Positions 9,701 to 18,656 are shown, counted from the first letter of the stretch. The stretch: DNA of 64,000 nucleotides from an uncultured Clostridia bacterium (GCA_934272745.1 CAKQSI010000003.1:21420-85419), one strand, 5' to 3'. Program-made: numbers and translations. Notes: a model not told the origin generated them from the sequence alone.

Positions 9701-10532
9701 TACCGAGGGCAGCGAACCCATTCTCCGCGCGATTTCGGGCGCCACCGTCAACACGCTGAACGACACGGTAAAGACCTTGACCCTTGCGGACGTGATGACC
9801 ATCGAAACCGATCCCGCAAAGCCCGGTTATTCTAAAATTCTGGTTTCGCTGCAAGGTGAAAAAATTACCGATCTCGGTTCGGCGACGAACAGGTTGACCC
9901 TTGCGGACGCTATCGATATCGAAACCGACCCCAATAAGGCGGGATACTCCAAAATTCTGGTTTCGCTGCAGAATTCCAAAATTACCGAACTCGGCTCGGC
10001 AGCGAGCGGGTTGACCCTTGCGGACGCTATCGACATCGAAACCGACGAGTCTTCTCCCAACTATTCCAAAACGCTGATCGCGCTGAAAGACGCCAAGTTG
10101 ACCGAACTCGGCACGAAAATTCCTGCGCTGACGCTGGGCGAAATGTTGCCTTACGACGAATCCGGGACGACCTTCTACGATAAGTTGATGAAGCAGGACG
10201 CGATCCGAAACGCCACGGCAAACACCGCAGGAACCGCGATCTCGAACGTGAAAATCGCTTCCCTCTTCGACGTGTACGAAGCGGACGGCGGCGAACTGAA
10301 AGGAATCTGGTACTTCGTGCTTTCGGGCGGCGAATCGCTGGACGATCTCGACGGCGTTATGGCAAACGCGCCGACGAAATTCGGCAGCGCAAAACTGGGC
10401 GACCTTGCGAGAAAGGGACTTCTGGGCGATATTCAGGAATCTGATCTGAACGCCTCCGTGAAAAATATGACGCTGAACGAAGCGATCAAGGCGTTTAACA
10501 GCGCGGCTTCTTCCGGTCTTATCGGCGGCTAA
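6738..10532 (+). CDS. Membrane-anchored extracellular repeat protein of unknown family (1264 aa)
   Basis: GGAAGGAGAAG RBS. The N-terminal RRR plus hydrophobic stretch LLGGLVCFVLGAVIGVCALAGVLVWVV looks like a signal anchor. The body is built of units that each start LxLxD(V/A): three of about 112-121 aa, three of exactly 120 aa, three of 39 aa. I recognise no known domain. Confidence 0.85.
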   Translation: MANRRRGLLGGLVCFVLGAVIGVCALAGVLVWVVKLGTINKVTNREIVGSTEVDGETVDLKEMTVWDIITKASSLGDTSKKMTLKNVEELLPALNLTDMLPAEMLNEDKTALSVRYNGTEILTVSLDELYSQQFSSIAKYVEATVKNNLKFSTLTAVGMNLDAFPFVRGYAGSDAANPGKEVPTYVSLGTGTIGEYYKNHPASVYYVAEDGAYHTATDAMISRADGDQTALYFKAVGLGDLPILDGINAIVATLDVDTLTLDAMNDKFGLNLTDEKGNYKNAVLAKISDIRVSHFADEIDNVMNRLYLSDVLTGLEEDDVLYPLQFLRYTKDTAAEYNAAHADEISAGSKNAVQPGDFVEDENGDRVLASINQLSGNISYLKVKDLINNPDDNALIAALGDYTVDDLQNKADTIVDGLYLSDVMNISQDNMMAAFEYMRYTDLKNEDGTPKEGSAQAYNDAHADKTPVKPGDYILDENGNKVKTTIGKLSEIIDFARIEDMIKNESDNRLVAALGKHTLKELRTNGDTIVNGMDISDVMNITEDSMMSAFEYMRYTDLKNKDGTPKEGSAQAYNDAHAAEIAAGTKAAVKPGDYVLDEKGNKVRTTVGKLSEIIDYVKVKDLIKNDSNNEMVSALGEYTLKELRTDADGIMDDLALSDVIEIKPTDTALSALQYLRFTEKTAADYNTEHAAEIAAGTAFAVKAGDKIPVWENGMVKKDEEDNIVYTLTTIKTLGGNINNVPMGDLLGVTEGSEPILRAISGATVNTLNDTVKTLTLADVMTIDESNAALNALQYLRFTEKTAAEYNTEHAAEIAAGTASAVKAGDKIPVWEDGRVKKDEEGNIVYTLTTIKTLSGNVNNVPMGDLLNITDDSEPVLKAIRYATIKTLNDTVKDLTLSDVMTIDESNAAMNALQYLRFTETAAADYNAEHAAEIAAGTASAVKAGDKIPVWEDGVIKTDEAGNIVYRKAKVNELGGNINNVKMGDLLNVTEGSEPILRAISGATVNTLNDTVKTLTLADVMTIETDPAKPGYSKILVSLQGEKITDLGSATNRLTLADAIDIETDPNKAGYSKILVSLQNSKITELGSAASGLTLADAIDIETDESSPNYSKTLIALKDAKLTELGTKIPALTLGEMLPYDESGTTFYDKLMKQDAIRNATANTAGTAISNVKIASLFDVYEADGGELKGIWYFVLSGGESLDDLDGVMANAPTKFGSAKLGDLARKGLLGDIQESDLNASVKNMTLNEAIKAFNSAASSGLIGG
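7653..10127 (+). repeat. Coding tandem repeats inside the 1264-aa protein
   Basis: LxLxD(V/A) unit starts at 7653, 7989, 8334, 8697, 9057, 9417, 9777, 9894, 10011 and 10128. The periods are 336/345/363 bp, then 360 bp three times (near-identical DNA), then 117 bp three times. Confidence 0.95.
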
Positions 10533-10560
10533 GGAGAAGAAAGCGGCTAAGGAGAAGAAA
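10525..10560. repeat. Tandem duplication, 2 x 18 bp, of the stop codon plus RBS segment
   Basis: GCGGCTAAGGAGAAGAAA at 10525 and 10543. The first copy holds the TAA of the repeat protein; the second supplies the RBS of the next gene. Confidence 0.95.
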
Positions 10561-10561
10561 A

Positions 10562-11893
10562 ATGTATTGTACGAACTGCGGCTCTTTGCTTTCGGGCGGG
10601 GAATGGTTCTGCCCGCATTGCGGAACGAAAGTGGCGCTTTTTACCGAGGATCCGGCTAAGAACGCTTCGGAAAACGGGGCGGCTTTCCGGCAGTCTCCGT
10701 CCGGGGCGGAAATCGGACAAAACCCTCTCCCCGGCGCGGGGAGCGCAGGGGTGATCGTTCCCGAAATCGCGGGGACGTCCCCCGAAAATGGGAACGCGGC
10801 AGGGCAAACTTACGAAACGGAATGCCACCGGGAAGGGGCGCCTTTCGGCTCCTCGCAGAATTTTAACGGCGGAAATGCGCAACCCTCGCAGAATTTCGGC
10901 GGCGGGGATACGCAAAATCCGCACAGCCCAAGCGGGGATACGCAAAATCCGCAAGGGCAGGGGAATGCGCCCGTTTCCAACCGGCAGCAAAACCCGGGAG
11001 TCTATATGCAAAACCCGGGCGGCTACGCACAAAATTTGCAGGATCCTTACGGTATTTATGACGGAAATCCGTACGTCCCGCCCTTTTTCAGCGGAGCAAA
11101 TGCCTATCAGGGCAGCAATCCCTATCTGAATAACCGTTCTTACGGGGCAAACGGGTCTGCCGCGTTCCCCGCGGGGCAGAATTACGCTTACGGGCAAACC
11201 CCGTATGCCCAAAATCCATATGCGCAAAATGATCCTTACGGGCAAACCCCGTATGTCCAAAATCCTTACGGGCAGGGCAACCCTCAAAATTTTTACGGGC
11301 AAAATTTTGCCGCGGGACAAAGCGAAAACGGCGCCCAACCGATAAACGGTGCGGGGCAGTCGGGTTCCCAACCGATAAACGGTGCGGGGCAACAGTCAAC
11401 CGGCGCTACGTTTCAGGGTGCCGCGCAGCCGCAGCCAACCGGCGCTACGTTTCAGGGTGCCGCGCAGCCGCAGGTAAGCGCGCAGCCAAACGCCGCCGGG
11501 CAAACGACCGCAGCGCAACAACTTCCCTTCCGCAACCCCTATGCGCCGCCTCCCGGGAAAAGTTTTTTGACCGACGATATCTTCGGGAAAAACCGGCTTA
11601 CCGCAAGCGCTTACGGCATTTTGTTCGGCATGGCGGGCGCAAACTGTTTCTATCTCGGCAAAATGGCAGGGGCGATTATTTCGCTGGTTTCGTTTATCAT
11701 CGGCATATTGATGCAACTGACCTGGAATGCGGACGTGCAGACCGTGGGACTGCTGCTTATTTTTGTCCCGGAAATCGTCAACGCTATCTGCGGTTTTTGC
11801 TACCTTTTTCAGTCCGACGAAAAATTTATGAAGCAGATCGACGGATCCGTAAAACTGAAATATTTGCGGGGGCTGGGCTATCGGGATCGGTAA
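10562..11893 (+). CDS. Zinc-ribbon / long Q,N,G,P,Y-rich low-complexity region / C-terminal TM2-like membrane domain protein
   Basis: AAGGAGAAG RBS. The N-terminus YCTNCGSLLSGGEWFCPHCG is a CxxC-x10-CxxC zinc ribbon. The middle is rich in NPYAQ/NPYGQ and has duplicated QPINGAGQ and TGATFQGAAQPQ units. The C-terminus YGILFGMAGANCFYLGKMAGAIISLVSFIIGIL resembles the TM2 domain (G..G...FYLG....G). Confidence 0.75.
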   Translation: MYCTNCGSLLSGGEWFCPHCGTKVALFTEDPAKNASENGAAFRQSPSGAEIGQNPLPGAGSAGVIVPEIAGTSPENGNAAGQTYETECHREGAPFGSSQNFNGGNAQPSQNFGGGDTQNPHSPSGDTQNPQGQGNAPVSNRQQNPGVYMQNPGGYAQNLQDPYGIYDGNPYVPPFFSGANAYQGSNPYLNNRSYGANGSAAFPAGQNYAYGQTPYAQNPYAQNDPYGQTPYVQNPYGQGNPQNFYGQNFAAGQSENGAQPINGAGQSGSQPINGAGQQSTGATFQGAAQPQPTGATFQGAAQPQVSAQPNAAGQTTAAQQLPFRNPYAPPPGKSFLTDDIFGKNRLTASAYGILFGMAGANCFYLGKMAGAIISLVSFIIGILMQLTWNADVQTVGLLLIFVPEIVNAICGFCYLFQSDEKFMKQIDGSVKLKYLRGLGYRDR

Positions 11894-11947
11894 ACGGAAG
11901 GCGGCTTGCCTTTAGTGCAACAGATTGCTTCCGGGCGCCCCGAATTG

Positions 11948-12065
11948 CGGCTTGCGCCGGCGCGTTTTATCGCAGAATGCCGCTTATTAAGGAAGTAAAA
12001 AATCTTTCTTCGGCTTGCGCCGAAGAAATTCATCGCCAGGCGCCGCTTATTAAGGAAGTAAAAAG
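11948..12065. repeat. Tandem repeat, 2 x 63 bp
   Basis: CGGCTTGCGCCG...GCCGCTTATTAAGGAAGTAAAAA at 11948 and 12011. Confidence 0.9.
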
Positions 12066-12119
12066 CCTCTTTTAAAAAAGATATTTCGTTGAAAATAATT
12101 TCGTTGAAAAATATTTTTA

Positions 12120-12158
12120 CCGCGGCGCGCCGGAAGGCGCGCCGCGGTCACTGTTTTT
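12120..12158 (+). terminator. Rho-independent terminator after the Zn-ribbon/TM2 gene
   Basis: Perfect 12-bp stem CCGCGGCGCGCC / GGCGCGCCGCGG with a GGAA loop, then TCACTGTTTTT. Confidence 0.7.
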
Positions 12159-12325
12159 ATGACCATACTTTGCGGTTGCTGTTTTTAAAACCATAATATA
12201 AAGTTTAAAGGTCGTCCCGTAAGATTATAAAATCCGAGCGCCGCACGGGCTTGAAATTGCCGTAAATATTCCTCGTTTTTGCTTGGCGTAAAATCGATTT
12301 TTCCGGCAAAATTTTTTGTAAATCA

Positions 12326-12354
12326 TTGACAAAACGGGCGCTGTCGGTTATCAT
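12326..12354 (+). promoter_or_regulatory. Sigma-A-type promoter upstream of the GH42-like gene
   Basis: TTGACA (12326-12331), 17-nt spacer, TATCAT (12349-12354); leader of about 200 nt. Confidence 0.55.
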
Positions 12355-12562
12355 ATAGAAAAAGAAAGCGTTTTCATTTTTTTGCTTGCATCGCGAAAGC
12401 GTTTTTGCCCGCGCAGGGTTGTGGCTTTGCCTGAGTTGCGGCAAAAAGTACCGTCCGCCTGCGTCAGGCAGACGTCCGCCTTACGGCGCACTTTCCGCCC
12501 GTGCGGAGAAGCGCGAACGGCGCGGCTTTTCGATGACGACGCTATAGAAATCGGAGAAAAAT

Positions 12563-14551
12563 ATGAACGTCATTCGCATGATCGGTTGGGAAAAAATTTA
12601 TCCGGAAGAGATCGCGGCGTTAAAAGCCGCTCCCGGCGCCGCGGACGAAGTCTGGCTGGGCGTTTACGGCTATTCCGCGCCCGAAGAACACGAAAAACGG
12701 GCAAAAGACTTTGCATGGCACAAGGAGATCGCAGAAAAAGCCGGTTTCCGCGTGGTGTTTGAAATGGGTTCCACCTTAGGACACGTTCCGGAAATGCCGG
12801 AAACCGAGGTCACCAAAAACTTCCGCAAAATGGTAGGTTTGCACGGCGAAAGTATGCCGGGCGCGTTCTGTCCCCGCGGCGAAAACCTGCTCCGCTACCA
12901 GACGGCGGTGGTAAAACGGTACATGCGCACCCGCCCCTTTGCCATGATGATCGACGACGATATGCGGCTGGAATTCCGCAACGGGATCGGTTACGGTTGC
13001 TTTTGCAAGGAATGCGTGCGGCTGTTCAACCGGAACTACGGCTACGATCTCCCGCGGGAGGAAATCGAGGTAAAGTTCGTTTCCGACCCTGCGTTCCGCA
13101 AAAAGTATATCGAACACAACCGCGCCGGCATGGCGGATTACGCCTACGCTTTGGCTTCCGCCGCGCACGAGGTGGCGCCGGACGCTTTTGTCGGGTTTGA
13201 AAACTGCTTTCTTGGCGCGCATAACGGCGGCAACCTCAACCATATTTTTGACGCCCTGCACCGTGCGACGGGCAAGCCCGTCTTTTCGCGCGCCGGCGCG
13301 TTTTACTATAAGGACGTTTCCCCGCGCGACGTGCTGGATAAAGTATTGAATATTTCTTACCAGAACACGCAGCTTCCGCCGTACGTTGCCGTGCGCCGTC
13401 CGGAAATCGAAAACACCGACAACACGTCTATGGGCAAATCCGTGCGCGGCACGATGATGGAAGCGGAGCTGAACTTGGCGTTCGGTTGCACGGGGACTTC
13501 TTTTCACATGGTGGGGCAGGAGTCGGAGCCCCTTTCGTACGAAAATCGTTATTTCAAGGCGCTTTCCGCGGAGCGGAAGTATTTTGAAAAGATCAAAGAA
13601 CTTGCCTCCCGCACGCGCGTGGACGGGCTACGCCCCGCCCTGTTCGAGGACGCGTATTTGCTGGATTACGTCACCGAAAACGAGTACCGTCATGCCGAAA
13701 ACAAGGACGCGCTGTCTTACCGCTGGGCGGACGTCCCCAAGGAACGCGGCAGGGAACTTTTACAGATCGGCATGCCCCTTTCTTATGAGGGAACCGCCTT
13801 TTTGCTGCACCCGGACATGGTGCCGTACCTTTCGGACGGCGACGTGGAACTGCTGCTGAAAAGCCGGGTTCTGACCGACGGCAGTGCGGTTTCCGGACTG
13901 ATTGACCGCGGGTACGGGCAGGAATTCCCGCTTTTTGCAAGAGAAAACGCACCTGCCTCCCTTAACGAAACCTATATCGAGCAGGAAACGAGTAACGGCA
14001 TTTCCATGCGCGGGCATACGGACGGATTCTGCGGTAACCGCTTCTCCGATTTTTTGATAGAAAAAGGGCAGATTTTGGACACCGCAGCGCTTGCGGTGAG
14101 AAAATTCGGAGCAGTTCCGTTGGCAATTTCCGAGGACGGCAGAACGACCGCCGCGTTGTTTACCACCGCTTCGGGCGGGGTGTGGGGCGCTGCAGGCAGT
14201 TCGCCTTTCAATATTTTTATGAACGTTGCCAAACGTCGGTTTCTGCTGAACCTTGCGGATAAGGTGTCGGGCGGGCTGTCCGCATTGCTGCTTTCTTCCG
14301 AGCAGGCGGTCATCGTGCCGCGCGTGACGGCGGACGGAAAGTTTGCCGGCGTCTTTACGCACAGCGTCACCCTTTCGGATAGTGAAGAATTGACCTATCT
14401 CGTACGCCGCCCCGCAAGCCTTTGCTTTGTGCAGTACACGAGCGAGGGCGACCGGCAGGAACTGCGCTTTGAAAAGCAGGGCGAGGACGAATATCTGGTG
14501 TTTGCTCCGGCGCTGCGGGCTTACCACAGCACACTGATCGTGTGCGAGTAG
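12563..14551 (+). CDS. Uncharacterised cytoplasmic protein, possibly a distant GH42-like TIM-barrel glycoside hydrolase with a Cys4 metal cluster
   Basis: GGAGAAAAA RBS. No signal peptide. It carries FCPRG followed 43 residues later by GCFCKECVRLFNRNYGYDL (C...CxCxxC), with a Glu 9 residues before the CxC. This resembles the zinc site and acid/base region I recall for GH42 beta-galactosidases. The rest is unassigned. Confidence 0.35.
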   Translation: MNVIRMIGWEKIYPEEIAALKAAPGAADEVWLGVYGYSAPEEHEKRAKDFAWHKEIAEKAGFRVVFEMGSTLGHVPEMPETEVTKNFRKMVGLHGESMPGAFCPRGENLLRYQTAVVKRYMRTRPFAMMIDDDMRLEFRNGIGYGCFCKECVRLFNRNYGYDLPREEIEVKFVSDPAFRKKYIEHNRAGMADYAYALASAAHEVAPDAFVGFENCFLGAHNGGNLNHIFDALHRATGKPVFSRAGAFYYKDVSPRDVLDKVLNISYQNTQLPPYVAVRRPEIENTDNTSMGKSVRGTMMEAELNLAFGCTGTSFHMVGQESEPLSYENRYFKALSAERKYFEKIKELASRTRVDGLRPALFEDAYLLDYVTENEYRHAENKDALSYRWADVPKERGRELLQIGMPLSYEGTAFLLHPDMVPYLSDGDVELLLKSRVLTDGSAVSGLIDRGYGQEFPLFARENAPASLNETYIEQETSNGISMRGHTDGFCGNRFSDFLIEKGQILDTAALAVRKFGAVPLAISEDGRTTAALFTTASGGVWGAAGSSPFNIFMNVAKRRFLLNLADKVSGGLSALLLSSEQAVIVPRVTADGKFAGVFTHSVTLSDSEELTYLVRRPASLCFVQYTSEGDRQELRFEKQGEDEYLVFAPALRAYHSTLIVCE

Positions 14552-14789
14552 GGCGGCTTGTTCGGGTGACGAAGGCAGCTTTTGAGGCGGCGTAAGGCTC
14601 GGATTGCGTAAGGCTTGGGCGGTTTAGTTTAGTTGCGTGCGGCTGAGCGGCGGTTGAACAAGGGCGCCGCCACGGAAATTGCGGAATGGCGATGAGAGGA
14701 TAAAGAGCCGAAAGGTTTATGTCTGCAAAGCCGGGTACGGTTTTCCGCATCCCCAAATCAAACACTCGATAAAAAAGAATAGACAAGCG

Positions 14790-14828
14790 AGCCGTTTCCT
14801 GCTATAATGTCAGGAAACGGCTTTTTTC
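14790..14828 (+). terminator. Rho-independent terminator
   Basis: 12-bp stem AGCCGTTTCCTG / CAGGAAACGGCT, 9-nt loop, then TTTTT. It lies about 240 nt downstream of the stop at 14551. Confidence 0.7.
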
Positions 14829-14965
14829 GCAAAACCGCAGATTGAAGATTCCGTTCCTTATCGCAAACTGCCGGAAAGGGAATTCGCGCTGATTTTTACT
14901 CGCAAAACTGCGGGCAGGAAAGAAAAATCCGCCCTGAAAACAAAGGGAAAATCCCCTTGCGGTGA

Positions 14966-16114
<1,149 letters not shown>

Positions 16115-16192
16115 CGCCTGTAAGGGGAATTTCGCCCGTAACGGTTTTTCGGCTGTAACGCGATATTTTTCTTTTACATAGGATAGAAAGAA

Positions 16193-16248
16193 AGATTTTG
16201 CTTCCGGCGGATATCAAAAAAGATCTTGCTTCCGTCGGGCGAAAAAGC
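16193..16248. repeat. Tandem repeat, 2 x 28 bp
   Basis: AGATTTTGCTTCCGGCGG... and AGATCTTGCTTCCGTCGG... at 16193 and 16221. Confidence 0.8.
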
Positions 16249-16345
16249 TTCGCTGCCGCGCACCGCTGTTTTCACCGATTTCTCCGGAAACGGCAGGAAA
16301 ATCTCCTTCCGTTCCCTACCGATAAAAACCAAACGAAGATAAAAA

Positions 16346-17662
16346 ATGAAACTGAATTTCAAGCACACAAAAATCGTATGTTACGTTTCGTACGTCACGC
16401 AGGCGGCGGTATGCTGTATCGCCTCTCTGCTGTTTTCGGCGTTCGAGGCGGAATTTTCGCTTTCCCTCACCAAACTCAGCATGATCGTCGTGGTCAACTT
16501 CGTCTGCCAGATGACGATTGACCTGCTTTCCGCAAAATTCCTCGGCAAGATGGGGTACCGCGCGGCGGTGATTCTGTCTTCGGCGCTGTCCGCGGCGGGA
16601 CTGCTGCTTTTGGGACTTTTGCCCTACGTTATGAACCCCTTTGCGGGAATTTTAATCGCGGTTGCCTGTTATTCGGCGGGCGGCGGATTCGTGGACGCCG
16701 TCGTCAGTCCCGTGATCGAGGATATTCCGTCCGAACACAAGGCTTCCGAAATGAGCCTGCTGCACTCCTTTTTCTGCTGGGGGACGGTGTTTGTCATTCT
16801 GCTTGCTACCGGCTATTTTGCGCTGTTTTCTACCAAAAACTGGCGGTTTTTGCCCATGACTTTGGCGACTATTCCGCTGTTTACGCTGGTCGCGTTTTGC
16901 AAAATCCCCCTTCCCGAGATTTCGGAAGAAGCGCGTTCTTCCCGCCTGATCGACCTGTTTAAGGCGCCGGTATTCTATTTGCTGCTGTGCCTGATGGCGT
17001 TTTCCGGGGCGGCGGAACAACTCATGAGCCAGTGGGCGTCGTTCTTTGCAGAAAAGGGACTGGGCGTGTCGAAGGCGGCGGGGGACTTGCTGGGACCCTG
17101 CACGTTCGCCGTTTTAATGGGAGTCAGCCGTACCGTTTACGGCGTGAAAGGGCAAAAATTCCGCCTTTGCCGCGCGCTTTGTCTGTCCGCCGCGCTGTGC
17201 GTGGTGTGTTATCTCGTCACCGTATTTGCGCCCGTACCGGTGGTTTCGCTGCTCGGCTGCGCTATGACCGGTTTTGCGGTGGGCATTTTGTGGCCGGGTT
17301 GCGTTTCGGTGGGCGCGAAAAGACTGCCTGCCGGCGGCGCCGGGTTGTTTGCTCTTCTGGCACTTGCGGGGGACGTCGGCTGTACGTTGGGTCCCGTGCT
17401 GGTGGGTTTGGTTTCGGACGCGGTGGAAGGGAAAAACGGCGGCGTGTTTCAAAACTTTTTAAAAGGCGGCTCGGTGACCGAAATCGCCATGAAGGCGGGC
17501 ATTTTGGTCGGCATTATTTTCCCGGTGCTGTTCTTTGTTCTGGCGCTGTTTTTGCGGAAAAAGGAAACCTTGCCCGCGGGATTTGTGGAACTGCCGGAGG
17601 AACCCGCTTCGCTTTCCGACAAGAAGGAAGACGCTTCCGTGGGAGAAGACGAGGAAAAATAA
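16346..17662 (+). CDS. MFS-type transporter (substrate unknown)
   Basis: 438 aa, about 12 hydrophobic segments in two halves, with a short acidic C-terminal tail. General MFS appearance only. Confidence 0.7.
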   Translation: MKLNFKHTKIVCYVSYVTQAAVCCIASLLFSAFEAEFSLSLTKLSMIVVVNFVCQMTIDLLSAKFLGKMGYRAAVILSSALSAAGLLLLGLLPYVMNPFAGILIAVACYSAGGGFVDAVVSPVIEDIPSEHKASEMSLLHSFFCWGTVFVILLATGYFALFSTKNWRFLPMTLATIPLFTLVAFCKIPLPEISEEARSSRLIDLFKAPVFYLLLCLMAFSGAAEQLMSQWASFFAEKGLGVSKAAGDLLGPCTFAVLMGVSRTVYGVKGQKFRLCRALCLSAALCVVCYLVTVFAPVPVVSLLGCAMTGFAVGILWPGCVSVGAKRLPAGGAGLFALLALAGDVGCTLGPVLVGLVSDAVEGKNGGVFQNFLKGGSVTEIAMKAGILVGIIFPVLFFVLALFLRKKETLPAGFVELPEEPASLSDKKEDASVGEDEEK

Positions 17663-17882
17663 CGACCGGGAATTGCGGAGGAATGGAGAGAAGCCGTTAC
17701 TTTTGTGAGGCGGGACTCCCTGTTTGTAAAATCGGAAATTTTCGCCGGTTTTGCGAATTTTGCGGTTTGGTTGTCGTTTGAAATGCGGCGAAGTTGAAAG
17801 CCGCAAATGAGCGGTGCGGGCTTTCTTGCGTGAAATTTATAAAAACATAGGGGACTTCTTTTATAAAATTTATAAAAACGGA

Positions 17883-17928
17883 GTGGCGCCCGCCGCGGAT
17901 TTTCCGCGGGGGGCGCCACTTTGTTTTA
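17883..17928 (+). terminator. Rho-independent terminator after the MFS gene
   Basis: GTGGCGCC-CG-CCGCGG / CCGCGG-GG-GGCGCCAC hairpin with an ATTTT loop, followed by TTTGTTTT. Confidence 0.75.
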
Positions 17929-18041
17929 TCTTGCCTTTACCGTGCGGACGATTGCCTTCCTGAAATTGCCGGCAAGTAAAAAATCTGTTGCCTGTACTGC
18001 CGTGCAGGATCTAGCGGCACTTTGCAACGTCGATCGCTTTC

Positions 18042-18174
18042 GTAGGGGCGATCATTGATCGCCCGAAGTTGAGATGTAATCGTAATAAAACAACGGAAAG
18101 CAAATATTTTTGCGATTGCAAAAATATTTGAAAACCTTTCAGGGTTTTCGCAAAGCCACGCTTTGCGCTTTCCG
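18042..18174. other. REP-like hairpin plus four-way-junction palindromic element, copy A
   Basis: GTAGGGGCGATCATTGATCGCCCG at 18042-18065. At 18094-18174 the outer stem CGGAAAG/CTTTCCG encloses three contiguous perfect hairpins of 13, 6 and 8 bp. Confidence 0.8.
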
Positions 18175-18305
18175 TTTGAAATTGGATAAAATCTTTGACG
18201 GTCAAGTTGCGACGTATCCCTAATATGATAAAGCAAGGTCTTAAAAACCTCAAAAAATTCCTTAAGCGAAAATGACCTTTTGAGATGTTTTTATTGAAAA
18301 GCACC

Positions 18306-18336
18306 GGGCGCCCGCAAGTATTTCTTGCGGGCGCCC
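18306..18336 (-). terminator. Strong GC hairpin, possible terminator for the minus-strand DUF4349 transcript
   Basis: 13-bp stem GGGCGCCCGCAAG / CTTGCGGGCGCCC. On the minus strand it is followed by GGTGCTTTTCAATAAAAA. The T-tract is short and offset. Confidence 0.4.
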
Positions 18337-18378
18337 CTGTGTAACGTTTAGGGTGTCTGAAAAATATTGACAAAATTT

Positions 18379-18516
18379 GTAGGGGCGATCATCGATCGCC
18401 CGCAGTAAAAATCCGACCGATTTATTACGGGAAGCAAATTTTGAAAGGGTTCAAAATTTGCTTGTGCCGCGCTCCGCAAGACCGTCGTTTTGCGCTTCCC
18501 GTAAAAAGTTATCGGT
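18379..18516. other. REP-like hairpin plus nested palindromic element, copy B
   Basis: GTAGGGGCGATCATCGATCGCCCG at 18379-18402. At 18428-18501 the outer stem CGGGAAG/CTTCCCG encloses an 11-bp hairpin and an 8-bp hairpin. An extra ACCGAT/ATCGGT helix lies at 18416-18421 / 18511-18516. Confidence 0.8.
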
Positions 18517-18570
18517 TTTGCTTGTACAAACTTTCAGGTCGTCCGGAAAGCAAAGTCGTGCCGAAACGGC

Positions 18571-18656
18571 GTAAGGGTTACCTTTTGCGTAAGGTGCCCG
18601 TCTTATTTTTCGTCCGGGCGATCGTTCGGCGCGTAAGGGTTACCTTTTGCGTAAGG
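18571..18656. repeat. Direct repeat (62-bp spacing) straddling the DUF4349 stop codon
   Basis: GTAAGGGTTACCTTTTGCGTAAGG at 18571-18594 (just past the stop) and at 18633-18656 (inside the CDS, encoding NPYAKGNPYA). Confidence 0.9.

Noticed and set aside
8655-9854. 399-aa minus-strand ORF antisense to the repeat-protein gene
   Set aside because: It lies entirely inside a plus-strand gene with a strong RBS and coherent repeat architecture. Its translation is R/G/V/F-rich, as expected for an antisense frame of GC-rich DNA. Its periodicity merely mirrors the sense repeats.
12205-12444. 79-aa minus-strand ORF in the gap before the GH42-like gene
   Set aside because: It sits in an AT-rich promoter region and overlaps the predicted TTGACA-17-TATCAT promoter. 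It has no RBS and no recognisable protein features.
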